Part shown: positions 48,728 through 55,967 of the stretch, piece after piece
Position numbering within the stretch: the stretch's first letter is position 1
Layout of the letters: every line of letters starts with the position of its first letter
Assembly: GCA_937952155.1 (NCBI GenBank)
Contig: CALFYH010000088.1
Coordinates: forward strand, 1 to 57,471
Direction of reading: 5' to 3'
Source: an uncultured Saprospiraceae bacterium
GTDB taxonomy: Bacteria; Bacteroidota; Bacteroidia; Chitinophagales; Saprospiraceae
Length of the DNA: 57,471 bases
The notes under the pieces: model-generated
What the model was told of the DNA's origin: nothing
Seen by the model: the letters and a program-made list of their open reading frames with translations, nothing else
The model's database searches: none
Made by a program: the position numbers and the translations under genes

Positions 48728-51700
48728 ATGCGAATGTATAAATTATTCATAATCATTGCTTTATTCACAACATTTGTTGGGTGTAACAAAAAGGAATCGA
48801 GTGCAGAAGTCAAAAGGCCTATCGACCACTGGGTATTCAGATCTGTTTTGGACTGGAATCCAAGGATGGTAACACTGGCACTTTCTGATGATCTTTGGGC
48901 TTCCTATCATGCCGAAACGGGCGCACTATATAAAGCATGGAAAGGATCAGTATATTTTGATGGTGCCGTTTATACCACAGCTCATGGCCCACAGCCGATT
49001 TCGATAGGAAATAGCTATGTAGAAAATATACACAAAAATCCATGGAATGCCCTAAGTGGAAAAGATACAATACCCGTAAAGTTTGACTATAAAGGCCATA
49101 GATTTGTCAATGGCAAAGCGCAACTCATGTACCAGTTGTCATCAGAAAAATGGGCGAAACCCGTTAGAATATATGAAGAGATTGATGTAGAAAAAACGGA
49201 TTCTGACCAATCAAAGTTTTTAAGGACTTTTACTACTGAAAATGTAGCCGACGGTGTGAATATTGGATTAATGGCAAATTTATCTTCCATAGTTGTAGAA
49301 AATAATATTGAAACAGATGGCAAATGGACCATTTCAAAAAAAGATGAAGTAAAAATAGACAATGTCTCAACCTTAAATGTAGATGGCTTTTTGATTTTGA
49401 ATAATAATGCGGTAACAAAATTCCATACCACATTCACAGCACCAACAATAGAAAATAAAAATGTTGCTGGTGGCAAGGATGAAGAGGTAGTGAATACTGA
49501 AGGTTCGTTACCTGAAGGTTTACAACTTATTGCGAAAAGCGATTGTAAGACTTGTCATAATAAAACACTACAGACCATTGGACCAGCTTATGTAGCTATT
49601 GCTCAAAAATACAAAAATACGCCTGAAAATATTAGTTTGTTGTCATCAAAGGTAAAAGCTGGTGGTTCAGGTGTTTGGGGCGAACAAATGATGACGCCAC
49701 ATGCCGACCTAGCAGAAGAGGACATCAATAAAATGGTATCCTATATCCTATCTCTAGATGACGATAAAGACGAGCCTATCTCTAAAGAAGCTACATCATT
49801 GCTGACTATGGCGCCTGATGCTGGAGTCAAAGAAGATGATCTTTTGCCTGGTAGTATTGTAAAGATTTATGATATCCCTAAAAACACTCCAAATATGCCA
49901 GTTATACCAGCCACAAAAAAACCAAAACAAGCGGGTATTTTACCCAATTTTGACAATTTGTCTGGTGGAGATTTTAAAGAATTGGAAGATAATTTTGCAC
50001 TTGTAGGTACTGGATATGTCCGAATAGACACCGCTGGAACTTACACATTCCATATCTGGAGTGATGATGGATCAAAATTATATATCAATGATCAGCAAGT
50101 GATAGACAATGATGGACTTCATGGTGCAGAATATGGAGAAGTAAGTATAGCAATGACCAAAGGATTTTATCCATTCAAAATCGAATTTTTTCAAGGTTCT
50201 GGTGGTAGATTTCTTTCTTACAACTGGAAAAAACCAGGAGATAGCGATTTTGAAGTCATTCCACCATCGAATATAATTCATAAAAATGATGCCTCGGAAT
50301 TGCTCCGCTCTTCAAAACTTCCAATGGCCAATGTTTCTAAGATACCTGGTGACCAATATCCACTGATGGATGTCCATCCTTCATTCGACCTTTTTCAAGC
50401 AAGACCTGATGGATTCAAACCAAAAGTTGGAGGCATGGACTTCAAATCTGACGGAAGGATGATCGTAAGTACATGGGATGCCGCCGGTTCAGTCTATGTT
50501 TTGGACAATGTACAATCTGGTGACACAACACAGATGAAATACAAGCGAATAGCTTTTGGCCTAGCCGAACCATTAGGTGTAAAAGTGGTTAATGATACCA
50601 TTTATGTGATGCAAAAACACGAAATCACTAGGCTAATAGATACCAATGGAGATGATATCATAGATGAATACCAGACACTTTGTGATGAATGGAAAGTTTC
50701 GTCAAATTTCCATGAATTCGGATTTGGTTTAGCATATAAAGATGGATATTTTTACGCAACATTGGCAACAGCCATCAATCCCGGTGGTGCCAGTACTCAA
50801 CCACAGATACCTGATCGAGGTAAAGTTATCAAGGTGAATAAGAATACTGGACAACTTACTTTTGTAGCGTCTGGTCTCCGCACACCAAATGGTATTGGTA
50901 TCGGTTACAAAGGCGATATTTTTGTGGCAGATAATCAAGGTGACTGGCTTCCGTCTTCTAAGATTGTACATGTCAGAGATGGTGCTTGGTTTGGATCAAG
51001 GTCGGTAGATCCTGAAGGTACAAAAGACAAAAAAGAAGATTTGCCTATGGTTTGGTTACCACAAGATGAGATCGGAAATTCACCAAGTACACCATTGGCA
51101 TTGGATCTTGGTATTTATAAAGGACAGATGATCCATGGTGAAGTGACCCACGGTGGTATAAAGAGAGTATTTGTAGAAGAAATCGATGACCAATTACAAG
51201 GTTGTGTTTTCAGATTTATTCAAGGACTCGAAGCTGGAATAAATAGAATTGCTTGGGGACCAAAAGGTGATTTGTACGCAGGTGGTATCGGTAATCCTGG
51301 CAACTGGGCGCAAAACGGCAAACTACATTATGGGCTTCAACGCTTGGTCTTTAATGGTAAACCTACATTCGAAATGTTGGCTGTACGTGCCAAGTCCAAT
51401 GGTATGGAAATAGAATTTACGGAGCCTTTAGCGCCATCTGACGGATGGAATGTTGATGATTTTGAAGTGAAACAATGGTATTATAAACCAACCATTGAAT
51501 ATGGTGGCCCGAAACTAGATGATAAAAAATTGAAAATAAAATCAGCTACCGTATCTGATGATCGTAAACGAGTATTTTTGGAATTTGATGGACAGAAAGA
51601 TAATCACATGATTTACATCCGTCTCAAAAAACATTTTGTAAGTGATGCCGGTAGAGAGTTATGGAGTACTGAAGCTTGGTACACGATGAATAAGGTTCCA

Positions 51701-52405
51701 TCTACAAAAGGAGAAGTGAAAAAATCACCATATAGCTTTGCACCAAATACGCTCAATGAAGCCGAAGTTAAAGCAGGCTGGGAACTTCTTTTTGATGGAA
51801 AAAATTTGAATAATTGGCGAAATTTCCGAAAAAAGACCATAGGGAAAAGTTGGGTTATCCAAGATGCTGCTATTCATTTGGATGCTAAACCAGCAAAAGA
51901 TGGTCATTGGCAAGCGGCTGATGGTGGCGATATCATTACTACCAAGTCATTTGAAAATTTTGAATTTGTTTATGATTGGAAAATTGGCAATTGTGGTAAT
52001 AGCGGCGTGATGTTTAATGTGGTCGAAAGTGACAAATATGATTATGTTTGGCAAACTGGTCCAGAAATGCAAGTTTTGGACAACTCATGCCATCCTGATT
52101 CCAAATATGTTACACACAAAGCCGGTGATCTTTATGATATGATAGAATGCAAATATCCTGTAGTAAATCCAGCAGGAGAATGGAACCATGCACGCATCAA
52201 AAGCGTAAAAGGAAAAGTCGAATTTTGGCTTAATGGTATCAAAGTAGTTCAATTTACCATGCATGATGATAATTGGAAAAAAATGGTGGCTGCCAGCAAA
52301 TTTAAAGATATGCCTGATTTTGGATTAGCGACAAAAGGCCATATTTCTTTACAAGATCATGGTGACAAAGTGTGGTTTAGAAACCTGAAAATAAGATCCT
52401 TGTAA
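48728..52405 (+). CDS. multidomain lipoprotein: cytochrome c + PA14 + sugar-dehydrogenase-like beta-propeller + DUF1080 (3-keto-disaccharide-hydrolase-like)
   Basis: 1225 aa with the lipobox FVGC. The heme motif CKTCH is at 49544-49558, with a downstream GSGVWGEQMMTPH. The PA14-like region is GTYTFHIWSDDGSKLYINDQQVIDNDGLHG. Propeller-like repeats include GLRTPNGIGIGYKGDIFVADNQGDW. C-terminal DUF1080 motifs are GNSGVMFNV, GPEMQVLDN, AGDLYD and GHISLQDHGDKVWFRNLKIRSL. Confidence 0.85.
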   Translation: MRMYKLFIIIALFTTFVGCNKKESSAEVKRPIDHWVFRSVLDWNPRMVTLALSDDLWASYHAETGALYKAWKGSVYFDGAVYTTAHGPQPISIGNSYVENIHKNPWNALSGKDTIPVKFDYKGHRFVNGKAQLMYQLSSEKWAKPVRIYEEIDVEKTDSDQSKFLRTFTTENVADGVNIGLMANLSSIVVENNIETDGKWTISKKDEVKIDNVSTLNVDGFLILNNNAVTKFHTTFTAPTIENKNVAGGKDEEVVNTEGSLPEGLQLIAKSDCKTCHNKTLQTIGPAYVAIAQKYKNTPENISLLSSKVKAGGSGVWGEQMMTPHADLAEEDINKMVSYILSLDDDKDEPISKEATSLLTMAPDAGVKEDDLLPGSIVKIYDIPKNTPNMPVIPATKKPKQAGILPNFDNLSGGDFKELEDNFALVGTGYVRIDTAGTYTFHIWSDDGSKLYINDQQVIDNDGLHGAEYGEVSIAMTKGFYPFKIEFFQGSGGRFLSYNWKKPGDSDFEVIPPSNIIHKNDASELLRSSKLPMANVSKIPGDQYPLMDVHPSFDLFQARPDGFKPKVGGMDFKSDGRMIVSTWDAAGSVYVLDNVQSGDTTQMKYKRIAFGLAEPLGVKVVNDTIYVMQKHEITRLIDTNGDDIIDEYQTLCDEWKVSSNFHEFGFGLAYKDGYFYATLATAINPGGASTQPQIPDRGKVIKVNKNTGQLTFVASGLRTPNGIGIGYKGDIFVADNQGDWLPSSKIVHVRDGAWFGSRSVDPEGTKDKKEDLPMVWLPQDEIGNSPSTPLALDLGIYKGQMIHGEVTHGGIKRVFVEEIDDQLQGCVFRFIQGLEAGINRIAWGPKGDLYAGGIGNPGNWAQNGKLHYGLQRLVFNGKPTFEMLAVRAKSNGMEIEFTEPLAPSDGWNVDDFEVKQWYYKPTIEYGGPKLDDKKLKIKSATVSDDRKRVFLEFDGQKDNHMIYIRLKKHFVSDAGRELWSTEAWYTMNKVPSTKGEVKKSPYSFAPNTLNEAEVKAGWELLFDGKNLNNWRNFRKKTIGKSWVIQDAAIHLDAKPAKDGHWQAADGGDIITTKSFENFEFVYDWKIGNCGNSGVMFNVVESDKYDYVWQTGPEMQVLDNSCHPDSKYVTHKAGDLYDMIECKYPVVNPAGEWNHARIKSVKGKVEFWLNGIKVVQFTMHDDNWKKMVAASKFKDMPDFGLATKGHISLQDHGDKVWFRNLKIRSL

Positions 52406-52455
52406 AGATTGCTTCCTTTGTAGAAGTATTGTCCTTTTTATATAAAAATTTTACA

Positions 52456-52495
52456 AAGCAGATGTAATGCCTTAATCAGTGCTTTACATCTGCTT
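52456..52495. terminator. hairpin between convergent genes; one arm lies in the 3' end of the thioredoxin-like CDS
   Basis: A 12-bp perfect stem (AAGCAGATGTAA 52456-52467 / TTACATCTGCTT 52484-52495) closes a 16-nt loop. The right arm is the last three codons plus the stop of the minus-strand gene. Confidence 0.4.
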
Positions 52496-53044
52496 CCATT
52501 TTATATTGCATCCTGCTGCGGGATATTGTTTTTCTGGTGGCGTTTTACCATACAACATATCATCGATGGCATTCCTGAGATCGAGTCCATTTAATGGTTT
52601 GTCATTTCCAGGTCTGGACTCATCAAGTCTTCCACGATAATATAGCGCATCATTTCCATCAAAAAGGTAAAGATCTGGTGTACATGCAGCATCATACACC
52701 TTGGCTACATCTTGACTTTCATCATATAAATACGGAAAAGGATACCTTAGTACTTTGGCCACTATACGCATTTTGTCTGGTGCATCATCCGGATATTTTA
52801 CGACATCATTGCTACTTATTGCCACAAAACCGATTCCTTTTTCTGTGTATTCATTTGCAATTTTTATGAGCTGTTCATTCACATGTATGACATAAGGACA
52901 ATGATTACAAATAAACATTACCATGGTACCATATTTACCACGTATATCATCAAACGAAACTTGAGTGTCTGTGACTACATCTTGCAACTGAAATTGTGGC
53001 GCCTTAGTGCCAAGTCCCAACATATTGGATTCTGTCAATGCCAT
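52484..53044 (-). CDS. thioredoxin-fold thiol-disulfide oxidoreductase (TlpA/AhpC-TSA-like)
   Basis: 186 aa from the ATG at 53044 (MALTESNMLGLGTKAPQF...). The CxxC motif is FICNHCPYV. The track's TTG at 53074 overlaps the upstream terminator, so I prefer the ATG. Confidence 0.8.
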   Translation of the reverse strand: MALTESNMLGLGTKAPQFQLQDVVTDTQVSFDDIRGKYGTMVMFICNHCPYVIHVNEQLIKIANEYTEKGIGFVAISSNDVVKYPDDAPDKMRIVAKVLRYPFPYLYDESQDVAKVYDAACTPDLYLFDGNDALYYRGRLDESRPGNDKPLNGLDLRNAIDDMLYGKTPPEKQYPAAGCNIKWKQM

Positions 53045-53070
53045 CGAATATTTTTTATTTAGGTGTATAA

Positions 53071-53102
53071 ACAAAAAAGCCCTCAGGAAGTTACCGAGGG
53101 CT
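53071..53102 (-). terminator. rho-independent terminator after the YceI-like gene
   Basis: A 7-bp GC-rich stem (plus strand AGCCCTC 53078-53084 / GAGGGCT 53096-53102) closes an 11-nt loop. On the minus strand it is followed by TTTTTTG. Confidence 0.6.
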
Positions 53103-53126
53103 CTTAAAAACTAATATTTTGTAAAA

Positions 53127-53813
53127 TTATTTTGCTGGAGTTGCAGCTGGAACTGCTTTAGCTTCTACCATCAATTGGAAAGAAATGTTGTCTTCAATAA
53201 ACTTATCACCGATTTCCTTAAAGAAATTTTTTGAAGCATATTTGATTCCCCAATCTGTTCTGTTGATTGTAAATGGATTACTAGTCACTACCACCATTTC
53301 GTTATTTATAGTAATGTTAGCAGGGATAGTCACTTCTTTAGTAATATCTTTTATAGTAAGATTTCCTTTTACCATTGAGTTTACACCAGCTTCTGTAGAA
53401 GGTGTTACGCTGATAATTTCAAATCTAGCCATTGGGAATTTTGTAACACTAAAAAAGTCATCTGCTCCTTCAGCTCCTGTTCCTTTTAGGTGTTCCTCCA
53501 AACCAGCTTTATCATCGCCAGTCAAATCTGTAACAGTTATCGTATTCATATCCAATACAACTGTACCAGCAGCCAAGCTACCATCCTTTACTGTAAATAT
53601 TCCCTTAGCCACATTTACTGTTCCAACATGCTTTCCTGTAAGTTTTGATCCTTCCCAAGTTACTTTAGCGGTTTCAGGTGTTATAGTGTATTCCACACCT
53701 TGTGCAGTTGCTGCTTCTGCAGTTGAATCTGTCGCTTTAGATGCATTATCTTTACATGAAATAACAGCCACGGCTACTAATACAACTAAAAATAAATTTA
53801 CGATACTTCTCAT
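53127..53813 (-). CDS. YceI family (polyisoprenoid-binding-like) periplasmic protein
   Basis: 228 aa with a lipoprotein-like signal (VAVISC). YceI-like motifs are VTWEGSKLTGKHVGTVNVAKG and VKGNLTIKDITKEVTIPANI. Confidence 0.85.
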   Translation of the reverse strand: MRSIVNLFLVVLVAVAVISCKDNASKATDSTAEAATAQGVEYTITPETAKVTWEGSKLTGKHVGTVNVAKGIFTVKDGSLAAGTVVLDMNTITVTDLTGDDKAGLEEHLKGTGAEGADDFFSVTKFPMARFEIISVTPSTEAGVNSMVKGNLTIKDITKEVTIPANITINNEMVVVTSNPFTINRTDWGIKYASKNFFKEIGDKFIEDNISFQLMVEAKAVPAATPAK

Positions 53814-54056
53814 TTTTTTGATTTTAATACTTTAGATAATTGTTGATACTTTATTATAGTTTTCGAAAAATGCAAGAAACAAAATGTTTAACATGAATTT
53901 TCGTCGCTATAAATACGGATCATTAACGGGCATAACGTACATTATGTTTCCTACAATTTTCAAATTTATCACAACAATTTGTTAAGTCATTTTGTATTTT
54001 GATATATAAATATTGTATTTGAATCAATTTTACCGAGAATAATATTATTATTTATG

Positions 54057-54064
54057 TACTTTTG
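54057..54064 (+). promoter_or_regulatory. candidate -7 promoter box (TAnnTTTG)
   Basis: TACTTTTG lies 21 nt upstream of the ATG at 54086. Confidence 0.5.
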
Positions 54065-54085
54065 GGTTGAATTTATTTTGAATAT

Positions 54086-54805
54086 ATGTACTTGCGTGTA
54101 ATTTGCGTGATTTTGCTCCTTACATTTGTAACCACAAATAGTTCTTTGGCACAGAGCTTTTGGTTTGGTCCTAAAGGTGGATTAGCAATGAATAACCAAA
54201 GTTGGGGAAATGGCGGCACTGGTTTAAGCTTTAATAGAAGTGCAATGTTTAGCATAAACGGAGATTTTTTTGTAGAATCATATGACGAGTTTAAAAAAGG
54301 ATCACTATATGCCCAGATAGGTTATCATACCCGAGGTAGTAGTTTAAGATTCTTTGATGGTTTTAATAATTTTAATACTAATGTGAAGTATAAATTCAAT
54401 AACATCGTACTGGAATTAGGTGCAAAAAAACTGTTCAATTTAGCAAAAGATTTCGACCCATATTTTATCATGGGTGTACGTGGAGAATACACCATCGGAA
54501 ACAATCTGAGTTCTTTCAATTCATTGGTTAGTATTGTAAGTCCTCAGTATATCCGAAAGTTTAACTATGGTGTAACCATCGGTGGTGGATTCGAAAGTGT
54601 AATGTCAGAATTTAGCAATGTTTTTGTTGAAGTTTCTATCCAACCAGATTTTTCATTCCAATATGAACAATTCCCGATAGAACAAGTTGTGGCACCTTGG
54701 TCAATCACTAATTACATAAGCTTACCGCTGACTCAAGTAAAAAACTTGTCAATAGAAGCAAAAGTAGGTGTTAAATTTCTTAGAAAAGTTGAATATATTG
54801 ATTAA
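54086..54805 (+). CDS. outer-membrane beta-barrel protein (porin family)
   Basis: 239 aa with the signal peptide ...TTNSSLAQ. It has amphipathic beta-strand patterning and the C-terminal region AKVGVKFLRKVEYID. Confidence 0.6.
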   Translation: MYLRVICVILLLTFVTTNSSLAQSFWFGPKGGLAMNNQSWGNGGTGLSFNRSAMFSINGDFFVESYDEFKKGSLYAQIGYHTRGSSLRFFDGFNNFNTNVKYKFNNIVLELGAKKLFNLAKDFDPYFIMGVRGEYTIGNNLSSFNSLVSIVSPQYIRKFNYGVTIGGGFESVMSEFSNVFVEVSIQPDFSFQYEQFPIEQVVAPWSITNYISLPLTQVKNLSIEAKVGVKFLRKVEYID

Positions 54806-54822
54806 TTACAAAATATTTTAAA

Positions 54823-55965
54823 ATGAAAAGTTTTAGTCTTCTTACAATCTTCTTTGGGTTTTTATCGATGATGAATGCCCAAATCACCGTTACAAATAGT
54901 ACTTTTCCAGCAGTTGGTGACAAACTGAAACTGGTAGAAAATAGTAATTTTTCAGGTCAACTAAATATGGGAAATGTTAGTGGACCTCAGGTTTGGGACT
55001 TCAGCGCACTCAATAGTGGAAGACAATATACAGAAACTTATGTAGATCCTAAAACTGGTGTTGATGCAGCCACTTTTCCTGATGCAAACATGATGCTTCA
55101 GACTGATGGCGAAGAAGAATATTTTAAGACTTCTGCCAATGCCGTGACCTCACTCGGTTTGGGTGGCGAGAATCCTTTGCTTGGCTCAAATGTTGCTGTA
55201 AGATATACAAAACAACCTACATTTAGATCGGCACCTTTGACATTTATTGGTGCTACAAAATCAGAAAGCTCTTTTAGATTACAACTTTCATCTGATATTT
55301 TTCCTGATACATTATTAGCTTCATTTGGTGCATTTGCTCCCGATAGTATTAGAATTGAATTTTCGAGTACTTCAACCGGCTTGATGGATGCATTCGGTAC
55401 TTTAAAAATGCAAGGAAAATCAATTGAAGTTTTAAGAGAGAAATCCGCAGTAATAAGCAAAACAAAAGTATTCTTAAAAGTTCCTTTACTTGGTTGGCAA
55501 GGTTTGGAATTTTTGCTTTCTATTGCCCAAGCAGAGGTACCAGACTTTATAAAACCACTTATCGGAGATAGAAAATCTACAGATTATAAATTTTATAGCA
55601 ATTCACACAAAGAAATTTTAGTTTCTGCTAGATATGATTCACTTGATGTTTTGGAAGAATTGGTTTTTGCTGATCTTGGTGGTATTAGTAGTACAGAAGT
55701 GACATCATTAGAAAATACATTTAGCCTGTATCCAAATCCTGTTTCAGAAATGTTGATTTTATCGACTCCAAGCTGGAAAGAAGGTTTGTATCTTGTGACC
55801 ATCGCTGACATAAGTGGAAAAATGGTTTATGCCGAACCATGTCAATTGAATCCTGATCAAGCCAAACACATTAATGTCTCAAAATTTGGATCTGGTACTT
55901 TTGTGCTTACGGTCCGAGATCAAAATAACACATTTACAGCATCTTCAACATTTGTAAGCCAGTAA
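54823..55965 (+). CDS. T9SS C-terminal sorting-domain protein of unknown function
   Basis: 380 aa with a signal peptide. The C-terminal roughly 80 aa (FSLYPNPVSEMLILSTP...GTFVLTVRDQNN) match the type A Por secretion tail pattern. Confidence 0.75.
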   Translation: MKSFSLLTIFFGFLSMMNAQITVTNSTFPAVGDKLKLVENSNFSGQLNMGNVSGPQVWDFSALNSGRQYTETYVDPKTGVDAATFPDANMMLQTDGEEEYFKTSANAVTSLGLGGENPLLGSNVAVRYTKQPTFRSAPLTFIGATKSESSFRLQLSSDIFPDTLLASFGAFAPDSIRIEFSSTSTGLMDAFGTLKMQGKSIEVLREKSAVISKTKVFLKVPLLGWQGLEFLLSIAQAEVPDFIKPLIGDRKSTDYKFYSNSHKEILVSARYDSLDVLEELVFADLGGISSTEVTSLENTFSLYPNPVSEMLILSTPSWKEGLYLVTIADISGKMVYAEPCQLNPDQAKHINVSKFGSGTFVLTVRDQNNTFTASSTFVSQ

Positions 55966-55967
55966 TA

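Noticed and set aside
53185-53835. 216-aa plus-strand ORF almost exactly co-extensive with, and antisense to, the YceI-like gene
   Set aside because: The product is low-complexity (Ser/Thr/Val/Ile/Pro-rich) with no recognisable motifs. The minus-strand frame carries clear YceI motifs, a signal peptide, a terminator and sensible neighbours. A long shadow ORF is expected opposite an Ala/Thr/Val/Gly-rich gene.
53884-53985. 33-aa ORF (MFNMNFRRYKYGSLTGITYIMFPTIFKFITTIC) in the YceI/OMP intergenic region
   Set aside because: It has no promoter box, no terminator and no recognisable features, and its composition is typical of random AT-rich sequence.
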